Source of the DNA: Asterionella formosa
Taxonomy: Eukaryota
Direction of reading: 5' to 3'
NCBI GenBank assembly: GCA_002256025.1
Contig: NKIB01012878.1
Location: 1 to 64,000 of the forward strand
DNA length: 64,000 bases
Below are positions 49,617-63,408 of the stretch, in pieces. The position numbers and the translations under genes were made by a program. The notes below the pieces were generated by a model, which did not search any database, was not told where the DNA came from, and saw only the letters and a list, made by a program, of their open reading frames with translations. Position 1 is the stretch's first letter; every line of letters starts with the position of its first letter.

Positions 49617-51265
49617 ACACACATCCTGCCTCATTTCTGTTGCTTCATCAACTTGTTAATTGTCGAAAACTTCTTCAAACGCCACATTTGAGGCATTTCT
49701 GGACTCTCAATCATCATTCTGCATACTTGTCACTCCTGCTACCACCAATTACTAGTAGTCAGGAGTCAGCCAACACTCCTTCAAGACGAGAGTCGACTGG
49801 CTGATGTCATCCACCTTAAGTTCAAAACTAGGCGACATTGCATCTCGATCTGCTGGGAGTACAAAACAAGTATATAGTTCCAAAAACAAACTGGCAGCTC
49901 ATACTTCCCTCCTTCACCTGCTGTTGGTGTCCCAGCATCAGTCACACCTTCCTCTCCTTACCGCTGCTGCATGCCGAAATACCGAGTACCTGGTACCAAG
50001 TACCAATGGTACATGAATGAGGATGGGGTTTAATTTGTGTGTACTACCGGTACCAGGACAGTGTAATAGCTAATTTTATGTTCTCGTACAGTGTATATTC
50101 CTACGATGATCGTGCGTACGGTTATGGTTTAATTAAACCAAAAATTAAACCCCCAGTTAAACCGGGTTTAATTTTTCTACTAGCAAATACTGTTGTAACA
50201 CGGTGCTTCCACTAGTATTTTCAGATCAATACCGTGCCAGTATTAAAATGACCCAGTAGACACATGGCAGAGGCCTACAGGAAAATACAACTTGGGTTTA
50301 ATTTTACCAATTAAGAAGGTACTGTATAATATACGATTCTCACGTAGAAAGATTGAATATTAGCTACATAATCCTTCAAATGCGAACATTAAAGACACCA
50401 GTGGTGCCGGCGATTCGACGCAATTGTTTTCAACCAGAGGGAGCAATAGGTACTGGTACCTGGTACCTACCAGAGTCCAGGTATGTGCGGACAACCGGCA
50501 ACTGAGAACAAAATACAGTACCCGATAGTACCAGGTACCAGCACCATGAACCCCGTGGTCGCAGGATGCATAATAATGTTGCTTCACAATCATCTCATCA
50601 TGATTGATAAGATTATAATGTGATATCACGATAGGGTTACATCGATGCATACATAATCAAATTATGAAACATAATATTGAATAAAGAATATCACATAGCT
50701 ATGATGCATTGATCATAGAACTATGATGATTTCTTAAACTGTTTATGATATAATTTTGATCAAAATATGATCATGTTAAAATAATACAATGACAATATAT
50801 TACGATAAAATATGTACGCAAGTGTTATCGATACATCACAGAAAATAAATAAATAAATCATAATTATGTTACTTAATGTAGAAATTCGCTTTTTAATGTA
50901 TACAGTGAAAGCCAACACTTAATATGATAGTATTATACAGTGGATAGGATCTAAGTATATGGATGCGTTGATATGTACATCACTATAAAATGATTTGTGA
51001 TATGGATTGATGCATATCACATACCGGTATCCTCAACAACCAGCCATCACATTCATTGTTGTGTCGTTTTTCCTTGTTATAGCTGTATTGATGCCGGCAT
51101 TTGTATTGTGTAAACATTACGCTGGCGGAACATGCATATTACACTGCTGTGCTCTGTTCAACAATTACTACACTCGGTTACCATCACACCAGCTGCACCT
51201 CCACAAGCGCCGCAAAAAGCTCCGCGTTTCCCTTCCACTGTTTTACATCATAGTCTTCTGGCCCT

Positions 51266-53480
51266 TTGACAATTTTCCAAATGGCATTTCATGGATTTCA
51301 TGCAAAGGATCAGTCAAACAAGAAACATGACTTACTTCCATTGTTTTCACTACAAGACTTTATGTTTTCGGAAAAGAAGATGAAGAAACTTATGAAATCA
51401 ATCGAAGATTCCTTTGAATACACTCAAATAACAGATGAATTTGAACAGATTCATAATACTCCAGAAAAAATAATGAAGTATGCCGATACAATAGTGGCTG
51501 AGATTGAAAAGAAGGAAAGATTGCTTTCGAAGAGCAGAGGAAACCCAAACAGTTGGTCTTCGTGGATGAAGACTCTTTTCGTACAGAGTCACAGTTCCAC
51601 CATCCAGTGTCGTATTTTGCTCATTCTCCCGAAATCGCTGATAATTAAGAAGAAGTCAGTGATTCTCATTCATTTGATGAACAAAATAATGCGATGAATG
51701 AAATACCGGCGGAAATGTGACAGACAACACTTCAGAAGTAGAAATGGTTGAAAAGTTGCAAAACCAAGAAATATATATAACTAGCTATTCGTCCAGAACA
51801 TCAAGATAACCATCATAAAAGCACAGAAACTATTGCATTTCTAAAAGAACCGATATTCAAGAAAAAGTCTGAGCTAGATCAAGACCTCGAATTCAAGAAG
51901 ATCAATGCAGACAGAGATGTGATGCTGGCTAAGGCAGTTGATGCTCTGATTAGGGAACAAAGTCAGAAACACAAAATTGAATCTTTTTCCAAATCATACA
52001 TGGAAGAAAAAGATTAGGATTTCTTTGTAAAATCAGTGAAAACAATCCAGAAGGCAGCTAGCTACTTTTTTGAAGAGTCGGCATGTGAAATGTATAGAGT
52101 TGTTATGCCAAAGCAAACGGCATTTTCCTTGAGTTCGCCGAAATCGCATGGACAACTAAAATTGTGGAAAGATTTGTACACTCGTACCCCGCAAGATATA
52201 TGCAATTACGCCTCTGTATTTTATGGAGTCAAAGGTATCAAAAAATCATCTTCAGATTTTAAAGATCTTGCATATTGGGACCTTGAAACAATTACCTCTA
52301 TGATCCATTATATAATTCATGAACTTCATCCAAGTGATGTAAAGGTTATATTTGATCTTGATGAGAACCCAGAAAAGGGTAATAACAATTTATATATATA
52401 CCAAGGTGATTGTAATCCACTTCATCATGACAGTAACTATGTGCTAATTGTGTATTGCAAAAGATCAGATGAGGAGGAAAACAATCATTTTGTGCATTAT
52501 CTTTCTGCTATAGATGATAGATTATGTCAAGTCCGTGACCCAGGAAAAGATGCAAGTGTGGATGAACATTATGATCAAGTATTTCACCTTGCCAGTAAGT
52601 TCTGCATCATCCCCGGATGCAGAAAAGAATTGGAATTATTATGCACCGATATAGGATATCTTCCATAAGAATCCCATATACCTGAAGAAATTGGTTTATT
52701 GGAATCTTCCTATACTGGCACCAAAGCACCATTGCAGATCAGTATGGCCACTGAACATGATTCCATGTTATTTCAACCAGAAGATGAAAGTGGATGGTCA
52801 TGTGGACCTTTTACAATTGTGAAAGTGTTGGAAACTCTATTGCAATTAGAAAGGAATGGCAAAACCAAATTTCTTGGCAAACGGGCACATTTCCGTTTGG
52901 AGACTGAGTCCTGGAAAGTTTTAAAACGTCAGGTGGAAGCAACAGATCGAACAGATGATTTCTTATCCGTTACATCTGACCCACCAACCAAGTCAAAAAC
53001 CTTTCATCTTGGAACAGTTTGGCCTCAAGTGACAACGACAAATTCTCGTGAGGATATGTTTCAGTTGGAATTAACTGTTCTTCAATTTTGTATCGACAAA
53101 ATTTTGACATCCTATTTAGATTTAAAAATGTTGAAGGAAGTATTTGGACGAGTTCCTTGCAACTCTTCTTTCAAGAAGGATGATGTGCGTTGTCAACGTG
53201 AAATCCATTATCCAACAAATGAATGAAAAAGTTGCTTTCTTCAGTTGGTATAATCATGCACCTCTTGGCCAAATTTCAGGGTGCATCAAAAATGACAAAA
53301 TGTTGAAAAAAAATTGGAACTGATGATATGATGGCCCTTCTGGAATCAAATTGTAAAAATTTACAGACTCATATCGAACTGCAGTTGAAAAGTGGAGAAG
53401 CAAAATATCGGTTGAAACGAGAAGGACCATCTTAGGTTCTTTGGGAGTGAAGAAGGGATCATCCAATCTCATCATTCCTC
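51266..53480 (+). pseudogene. Disrupted Ulp1/C48-like cysteine peptidase gene, copy 1
   Basis: NNHFVHYLSAIDDRLCQVRDP (His...Asp) and FQPEDESGWSCGPF (Gln...Cys) occur in clan CE order. ORFs 52036-52668 and 52699-53226 are in the same frame across one TAA, with frameshifts elsewhere. Confidence 0.55.
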
Positions 53481-53599
53481 AGGACATTTTAGTTTTTGAA
53501 AATCTTCTAATAATTTAACTAGTATGTGAAACTATATTATCACTAATATTTATATTATTCTTTTGTATTTATCAACGTTTGCTTGTTAGTTTTTGGTCC

Positions 53600-56500
53600 C
53601 ACCCGATTGATTTCCCAAAATGACATGGAGGCCTGGCAACATAAAAATTATCTTTCCGTATCTGTTCCAAAACTTCTTGCGGTGTGTTTCAGAGATTTCC
53701 TTGATTCCTGTGGTTTCAAAGCAGGAACAACAATTGCTGCCGAAATTATGTTTTGAATTTCAACAACGCTCAATTCAGTTGTATCATTGCATACGGTGTC
53801 TCCTCTTCCAAAAAACATCCGTTTATGAATTTTCATCTCAGTTGAACTTTTCAAGGAACAAATACACGCTAAGAGAATGGTTGTTGGCTGTGTTGGAGAA
53901 AATGACATTTCCCCAAAGAAGTAGTTTTGCCGGAACTTTGTAGGAACTTGATCCATCACCTTTCTCCCAGTTGACTTCGACCCAGTCAAACCATTCACGA
54001 CCAGAGATTCCAGCATTTGAATCATTATTCCATTCGGATGGCATCTGAAAATAGTAGTTTAGCCGGGAACGTTACTTTTAATTTTAACATGATAATAAAA
54101 GTCAATCCTTACAATGGAAACAGGCCCTACCCCATCTTCAAGACTTTTTATTCTTGCTATTTCTATTGCTGAATTCCCAATGCTCTTTACATAGTTGGCC
54201 CCTTTCGGTATATCAGGATGAACCAATTGAGACAAGGGTGCATCCTTACTCCGTGATACATGCCCAATCTTATTAGGGACACCTACTAAGGTACATAGAC
54301 CACTTGATGATGAAGCAGAGAATTGAAATTTAACAGGAAGGTATGGTGAATGGATCATCTTGGTAGGCGATATTCCATAATTATCAGGCGACGTACTACT
54401 AGTAGGCAACATCCTTGTATCTGGAATCATTCCTTCGAAATCAATTTCTGTTGAAATACCCTCAGTTACATTGATATATGTTTGTTTCCTGTATGTAATG
54501 AGTCACCACCCAAAAAATGATGTATTAGTGCAGGCAAAATAGGATGAGGCGATATAACACGGCACCACTCATTTGCTGTTGCGTATTTGCCATTAGATTG
54601 GAAGACACAATACTCAGGTGGGATACATGGTAATTTTCTATCGGGATATGCATTTTTGTCAAGAAAAATGTTTAAAAACTTTTTGACATCTGACACTTTA
54701 CGATGTTCACATCCAATATCGGGATTATCAGCATCTTCAGTTGAAAACAGGTAATCACGACAAACATATCGTCGATATAATCCACCCATTACCACCCCTG
54801 AAACCACAAATTTTGTTGTGCTCTTCTGTATCACCAATGATCATTCCAATCTGGAAATAAACTTTTTTCATACCAAGGGCAAGACCATGAACCCAAATAT
54901 CGTATGACTTGTTTGAATCTTTGAAAGTCAGGCGACAATAGAAATCCTGTGAAAGTCGACATAAGGACAAGTCATCACCAGATAACTTATTATTCAATTG
55001 TTTCTCCAGATCACTGACTTCAATGTGGGGGTCTGGCAAAAGAGATACCAATGGCCATCCATCAACTTTCTTCATTCCTTCTTTCTAACGTTAAGTTTAA
55101 CATTGTCAACAAAAACGGATGCTCGGAATGTTTCATTTGTTTATCAATAGGTAAACCATCTCTGAAAACTGCTAGGGCAACAAATAAACACCCTGTCTTC
55201 AACACTCCATTTTCTGATGCAGGAGAATTGTTGAATACATTTTCAAACCAATTCGCGGAAGTTACTTTGTCATATATGCATGCGTTCTCCACAAGTTGTA
55301 AGTTTCACTTGTGGTGACATACAAAATGATGCATGATATCGTAATCATGTAACAATCCTGGTGCCATGAGCTGTACTGGTTCGAAATAATGGAGTGTGCG
55401 TGGGATGATCATGTTTGAATTGTTATCAATCTGTATTTGTTTGGTTAACAGTTGACCACCAGCTAATGTTGGTGGAAATGAAATGCACAGCTATGCGTTT
55501 TTTCAAAGTCTGGTAGGATGGAGCTTGATACCTTCCATCAAAATATTTCATTGCTTTGGCCTTGAACAGCCATTTCATTAGATGATCAAAGTAAACTGGT
55601 GGAAGGTAGGTAATTATCGTTAAGGAATAACATGAGTTCTCATTCGATTGGATGCGCGCATGTTTAGGGAATGTTTACTTGGAAGTTGAAATTGAGGAGG
55701 AAGGGGCATTTCCATTGCATTTTCAGGGAGAAAGCAGGTGTGATCTTGGAAATCTGAATATTGCATGGTCTCTGAATTCAATCCTTGGAGAGGTTTTAGT
55801 CTCAATTGTTCGTCTTGTTGTGACTGAATATCATTATAAACTGAATCGTCGCTGTCGTCATGAAATGGATGATTGTGGCCACTTGATTCAAGGATAGGAC
55901 ACATAACCTCTTCTTGTTGTCTACTCTCCCTAAATGCTGCAGCAGTTACACTGCCATTAACTTCTTTCCTTGAATGATTCGATGCGCGCACTACCGCAAT
56001 ACATAGTTTCATTATGTATTCCAGGAACTCGACGTTCTTGCATGCAATGTTGACAGTGACCATTTGCATAGAAAACACGCACGGTTGTTACAACTTTCGA
56101 TTGTGAGACTCAGATGGGGATTTGTTCTTCCGAAATTTGTAGTTACTCAGATAACACCATTGCAATGTCCGCAAAGACATTACAAATTTCAAATGATGAC
56201 AAAGTCAGGATATGGACAGGATAGAATGAATATGAATTAATAATAATAGATTTAGCATCACTCCGATCATGCTGTGCTGGACAATACAGAGTCGTGAAAT
56301 TTTCACTCCACCATAGTAGTAATAATGAAAGTATACCGCTACATACAGTACAGGCGCCACTACTAGTTGTATGGAGCAACATCAATGTTTTCCTAACATC
56401 TATGAAATGGTTTGCATTGTAGAAGTCTCACACTACCTATATTTATTATGTAACTAAGGTACTAAGCATGCATTGGATTCTATTAGGTCCATTCAAAATC

Positions 56501-58273
56501 AACTTCATCATCAATGTCCCGTTGATTAATGCGTTCATTGTAATCAATATTCTTTTCAGGAACATTTGGTTGAAGTGGTTCAACATATTGATGCATATCC
56601 TTTTCACTTACATTGGGAAATGAGAAGTATGAGTGTGGGTAGATGATATTTGTTGTGGAAGTAGCAATTCCACTAGGATTCCTTACATATTCAGATCGAT
56701 TGTTCTTTTGTGAAAGTCCAGTGTAGATTTCCTTATAATAACCGAGTAAATCAATATCATCAGTCCATTGATCAGTGAGACTATTTGATACTGAACTTTC
56801 TTCCCTCACTCTTTTTTGATAAGTGGTTTCCCACCAATATCGACAAAATCAGTAGAATGACGAATTTCGTTCTCTGAAATTTCATGGGTATCTGGATTGA
56901 AACCCAAATATTTTTGTTGCAATCGGAATTTTCCTTTCAGCACCAAGAAGCAAAAGGCTTCTGTACTGGCAATGATCAGTACAGAAAGAAAGTGATTGCA
57001 ATTCATACTGTGCCCGAAGACTTAGTTGAAATTTGGTCACACACGATTTGTTTCCTGTTAAAAATGGTTCTCCACGGCTTGTCCTGCCTATAAAATACAC
57101 TGGAGCAAGAACATCACGCCAGACTTGGTATCCTTGGCTTCCCCTGTCAATGTGCTTTGACTGCGCAAAACGATAAAGCGTTAACGCCCACCTAATAAAG
57201 CCATCAATAGCTATCCATAGTCTGGAAGTTAGCTATATTCTTTTTGACCAGCTGGTGTCGTGTCATGAATTATGTTAGCATTTTTAAATTAAAACATATT
57301 TGATAAGAATATAATCACCGACTCAAAACATCATGCTGTCGGAGCATCTCCCGCCCTGCAAGAACTTACCTAAGATTCCTTTAAATTGATAATTCAATAC
57401 ATTCTGACATTCTCTCGCTCAACTTTTTTATGCACATGCCACCAAATGTTGATTTGATGAAATCTAAATGTGCCTTGTTGGTACGTTCAATGGTCTGATT
57501 CATCGGAAGTAGTGCATCAGAACCATTCCATATGAAATCGGCAAGCTCTGGGTCACTCTCCAATTCGTTGCCTAACTCCGGTTTCACTGGTGTGTATAGC
57601 TGAGTTAGGCAACATTGGGCAAACCAATCCTGTTTTTGATTAGAAATGCCTTTCATACTACTTAGACCAGATAGGGCGGGATGTTTGATTCTCTTTTGGG
57701 ACCAGAAAAAAGCACATTAGATTGATATTCTGTTTTACAGCAGTACCTGCAATTCGCGAACTATAACCTCAAAACTACATGTTCTCAGCAAAACTTCTTG
57801 ATCTTTAAAATAAAACTCACAACCTTTGTGACAATTGATGGTTCAATTATAGCTAAGCGAGAACGACGTTCTGATAAGGCTGCTGAAATTGAAGAGTCTT
57901 GATAACCTCGTATGGACGAGTTTTGAACCAAATTACGACCTTTGTAGTGATTGAGTTCATTGACCAATTGATAATATCCTTTGGCAAGTACAAAATGTTT
58001 TTCCCTCAGCTTGTCATGTACTTGTTGGTCCGTGCGATTAGAAAATTTATGATATGGTACCATGTCGTCCATCTGCATCCGGGAGTTATTAATGGTATCA
58101 TTGACAGGAGCCATTTTTCTTGAATCAACAACTGAAAAAGAAAATTCATCATCACTTTGAGTATTAATTACGGGAGCCTTTGTACTAGTAGCTGATGGTG
58201 TCCCCATCGACGAGGGGTAAGTGGCACAGGATTTTTGTATGTATGATAATTTTTGGATCAAAACCATGGTCAA
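53600..58273 (-). pseudogene. Long decayed multi-fragment gene(s) of unknown function, copy 1
   Basis: Chain of protein-like minus-strand ORF fragments broken by stops and frameshifts; its segments have paralogues at 61.3-62.3 kb. Confidence 0.5.
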
Positions 58274-59059
58274 TGTATCCTATAACTATGATGATTTATT
58301 AATATTTTACCGACCTCGAAGTATAATGATAATAAGAACATTATCATCACACTATTTATATTAAATGATCAACAACCTTACTCATCAACATAATAAAATT
58401 TCTCATATTATTTTCAATTCTCGTGATGTAAAATTATTAGTACAACGCATCCTAAAATCAGCTCAACGCTATGAAATCGTTTTTATTGTTTCATCGTAAA
58501 TCTATTGTAAACATGATCATAATTCTAATCACAAGCATTCTTCAAAATAGATTGAGTTGGATTGTAATTTAACTATCAAATTTAGCAATGCTATCTATTA
58601 TTCTACATGCCAGCGACCCAACGTTTCTCTCTCCACTCGGCTCAATGTATATTGTTCCTGTCTCGCCCTTTTCTTCCTCTTTTCTGAATCTTGTGCCAAG
58701 CAATGCCTTACTAATAATGCGTCTCTCTCCCTGCTGTTAGTGTCATTCTGAACTCGCCGACTATTCCATTGTTTGATCGGTTTTATTGTCCTATGCAGTT
58801 ACAGTAACAACTAATGATATTTTTATCTAGTGATGACAACTATTATAATCACTACAAGTTCTTTTCTATCATCCTTTAATATCTAAATTACTTCCACATT
58901 TCGCATGCTGTGCATGTCCGCTGCTGTTGCCTTCCCATCACATCACTGATAGTAATCAAACGCCGTTTCATTGCATTGTTTATCATTTCCCGTAACCACA
59001 CTGCATCACTCGTCATATCAATACCAATCAAAGTTGATATGGAACACAACAAGAACATT

Positions 59060-61100
59060 TGGAATGACAAATAGGATAGTCTATTTGGGTTTATACTAGA
59101 AGACGTATTAACATCGAGGAAGAAATTGAAACGACTCATTGAATCGGTTGAGAGCACATGTCTGTTTCCTTCAAAATCTGATGATTTCGAGAAGATTTAC
59201 AATTTCTCCGGAAAAAGAGTTCATATGTTAATTCCATTTTTTCCCCAATGAATTTATCAGAGAGGTCATCTTCTATGGCGAGTTCAAAACATTTGAACCA
59301 TTTTTTCCAATGAAAAGCAGCGGGCTAGTATTCTTATTGATCATTCACCAAATCGAGAAGAAGTCAGTCGATCTCTCATGATAATGCACAATATGTCCTG
59401 AGACGAGACAAGGGTACTTCTGCTACATTCAGATGCAAAGGCTAAGCTATCTATTTCAGAAAATGTCAACAACCCTACCCTAGATTACCTGATGGATGGA
59501 GATGATGATGACTTAGGTGCTGGATGGATAGATTCTGTTGTTCTTCCAAAAAAACAACAATATCAAGTAATGAAAAGATTTTAGACATTAATTTGTCACC
59601 AAGGATTGGTCATGAATAGGAACATCCCGGCCGATGACAAAAAAGGAATCTTTTTTCATGCTACTGAAGATCAACCTGTTTTCGAAAATCAAACTTCTTT
59701 TCAGGATATGGTGGAAGAGATCAAGTTGTTGAAGAACAAAAATACCATAATCAGCCAGACCATGTTCGACCTTTCCCAATTCGTTATGCCCAATGACCGG
59801 GATGATTGGAATGGTATTTTTATTGAATCATATGAAGCTGAAAAAGATTCTGACAATACTTCCATCATGGAGAATCCCGAGGACAGTTCATATACAGGGG
59901 AAAGTGACAATACTTCCATCATGGAGAATCCCGAGGACAGTTCATATACAGAGGAAAATGCATGTTAATTATAACAATTATGTCAACTCATGTCTCCCAT
60001 TCGAACATTCATTTACGTGAACATTCCCAAAATGAAGTCACAATTCGAGCGATGGGAATAACTTTATTCTCGAACTTCCCACGAAGTCTGTACTTATGCT
60101 GCGAAGACTTATAACTTGTTACATTTCAAAAAAGAAATTGAGGAGTTTGAATCTCTTGCATATTGGGATTTTCAAAAAATTCAAAATCTCATTCGATGCA
60201 TTCATCACACATGAACTCCATCCAACCAATTTGAGTGTTTTTGTCAACTAATGGATTGTGGTAGAGACACATATAGTCGCAATTGTCACCCATTGTATAT
60301 TGAGTGTACCTATGTGATTATAGTGTACTGCAAGAGATCATCTTGTGGAAATAATCATTTTGTTCATTACATATTTGGACTTGCTCAAGGAAGGGATATG
60401 TCCAATCCGCAATCCAGCAGAAGCAGCCACAGTTCATGAACATCTCGATCAAGTATTTCACCTTGCCCATAAATATTGAATCCTCCCTGGATGTAATAGG
60501 GAAAAAGAAATAGCATCATGGGATGCCTACTTTCCGAGCCATGCTTATAAGCCACAACAGGTCATTCAGAGTGAGAGTTTCTATCATTCTAAAAAAGCTC
60601 CATAGCAAGTTTTTATGGCAACTACACATCATGAATCACTATTATACCAGCCAGAAGGTGATACTGGATGGTCCTGCGGACCATTCACTGTTGTGAAATT
60701 TTTAGAAAGTCTACTTCAATTGGAAAGAAATGGTGAAACCAAACTTTTTGGATGTCAGGATCGATTCCGTCTAGAGAACTGCAATTGGAAGCAGTTGTAC
60801 GGCATGATAGTATCATCATATCATGTGGGCAATCCATCGAAAGTACCTCATGTAAAGAAGGTGAACAATTTTTTGGACTTGGAACCGTTTGGTCTAAAAA
60901 CTCGTTGAAGGTTCTTACCAAGAAGGAGAACAAGGTGCAAATGGAAAAAGCTTTAGTTGCCTTCTGCATAAGAAAGTCGTGCAGAATAGTTTTATGGACT
61001 TGAAAATGTTAAGTGAAAAATTTGTAAAGGCCCCTTGCAACTTCTTGAATGACAAGGAAGCTGACGCCTAACTTAACCGTGGTGATGCCACAGCTGAAAT
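59060..61100 (+). pseudogene. Disrupted Ulp1/C48-like peptidase gene, copy 2
   Basis: YVIIVYCKRSSCGNNHFVHY and LYQPEGDTGWSCGPFTVVKFLESLLQLERNGETK match copy 1; many stops and frameshifts. Confidence 0.55.
59851..59951 (+). repeat. 54-bp tandem duplication (SDNTSIMENPEDSSYT x2)
   Basis: Identical 47-nt blocks start at 59851 and 59905. Confidence 0.95.
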
Positions 61101-61603
61101 TTCCCCTTTCAATTGGGAGTCAGTATCATTCGGACTCTCAAGTGACGTTGCTTTCAATGATAAATTTGCTCTCTTTGTCAACGCATTTGACAACGCATTG
61201 CAGATTAGAGATCAGCTAAAATTTTAAAGATAAGTGTTGCAAAATAAGATTGCAGTGCTTTGTACTATGTACTGCATGACACATTATTGAATATACACAT
61301 ATATACCGGTATTTGGTATTTATTGACGAAAAAGCAATACTGGGACATTTCGTTATATTCTTTTCTATTCATATTGCTGCCCACAAATCGATCCCTCTAC
61401 TCTATTTTGCCTTTTGGCCCAATCAATGGCATTACGAAGCAAACTTTAACTGGTGCTCGGTATGCAAATATAAATTTCGGAAGAACAAATCTCCCTCTGA
61501 CTTTCACAATCGAAAGTGCAACGATCGACAATTTTACGATTTTAGTTTGTGCCATCACTGTTTGTGGAAGAACATCGCATTTCTGGAATTTGCAATGAAA
61601 CTA

Positions 61604-62308
61604 GGATCACTCTCTGCTTCTTTGCCTAACTGCGCCATGAGTTGAAATAACCGGGAGATACATCGGTTAGCAAACCAATCTGCATTCACATCCGATATGC
61701 CTACGGAGTTGCAACTTGCAGATATGGCTGGGTGTTTTATGATAGCATGTTTGGGAAATGCAAAAATAGGCTTAAGTGACATCCTTTTAGTAACAAAACA
61801 TCCATGATTGTAAGTCTGATGTATAGCAATACATCACTTACCTGTTCACAGCAAAATTTCTTGGTTTTGAATGTTGCCCTTTATAGTGACTCAGGTCAGA
61901 TAAGATTTTATAGTAAGAACAAACAAGGTCATTGTGGATTTCTTGAAGACTGGTGTTCTCATGGGTGGTCTCAATAGCAGCAACCTTTCTTGAACCGGAA
62001 TCGAGTGAATCATCATCTTCATTCTCACTGGCAGAATTCAAGACAGAATCTACAGGAGTAGAACGATTGAAAGAAGCCTTTGTAATATCAGTAGTAAAAG
62101 GAGGATTTACGTTTATTGGAACATACGGGGTGGAAGGTGTTGCACCACCAAAGGCGTCATGAACAGTATACTGCTTTTGCCTTTTATTAAAATAACTGGT
62201 AGGAAAGGTTCCAAAATCAGCTATCACTCGCTTTGGAGCCAAATCCGGAACTCTCCTTGCAACTGGCGCATCTCGCACTGGTTTTGTAATCAATGCTTTT
62301 GGAGGCAT
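61604..62308 (-). pseudogene. Truncated copy 2 of the unknown minus-strand gene
   Basis: GSRKVA/DSRKMA, YYKILSDLSHYKG/YYQLVNELNHYKG, IKHPAIS/IKHPALS and DWFANRC...LGKEAESDP/DWFAQCC...LGNELESDP match 57381-58273. Confidence 0.55.
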
Positions 62309-63408
62309 GATTGTATAACAGGTGTAGTAACAAAGGACAAGAAGTATATGATGAAGTGTCGCTAAAAATTAAGAGAAATGGGAGATCGTACATTATGCTC
62401 TTACAATTACCGTAGTTGCAATGGACAAATAACATACTGGTAGCTACTTACACACTTATGGATATAAAGATGGTAGATGGAAGTTTCTGTACATCAATGC
62501 CTTCACGATTTATTGAGGAATAGGGAAACTGAACATGGATTCACATCATTGTTGCGGTAAATGACCTTACCATCATGATAGGAACTGCCTGTTGTATTAA
62601 AAGCTAGACAAGACAAACCTAACACACAATTCCTTCCCATTAGTTAATGCAGTGAACAATTGAAATGGATCGTTTGACACATTGTGATGGTAAATCCTGT
62701 GTGACAGAATACATCTATTCATGGTAAGTGAAAATCGAATGGAACTGCATGTTGTTGCATAAGAATAATATGATTAATATGTATTTGCTTCGCAGTTGTT
62801 ACAACATTAACATGAATACTAATAATGAAGGAAAGCTCTGATTCAGAGAAGAAGGGAATGAGGAGACGAGGAAACCCGCCGCTATCAGCGACATCAGTTT
62901 ATCCTTCAGAATCAGACAAGTACAAGGGAAAGGACGAAGTGGGTAGTTACAGTTGTGTCAGAAACGGGGTAGCAGGGAAGCAGCAGACAAGAGATTGAAC
63001 AGGAGTGAGACAGTGTGAGATAACTCTTTATATAGATAGATTGAAACAATTCTAAATTTAGTTGTTAAATTACAATCCGTTTCCACATCTTTTGGACAAA
63101 TACTTTCATAGAGATACGATGGTAACAACATGACTATAAGATGAACAAATACACAATATTGGATGTAGCTACGGTAAATCGATCATGATGGTCTTGTAAA
63201 TACCATTAGTAATTCATGGTCATGAGAAGAGTGATTGAAATTCAATGAGAAGTAGTGATTTCGACTTGAGTTGTTGTTACTCAATTACTGTATTTGTATG
63301 ATTACTTTGTGGTTACCGTTATGAGTCAAGATGGATCAATATTAGAACAATATGATCAAACATTATAAGTATAAACATGCTTATCAAATATTCATATATA
63401 AAGTATGT

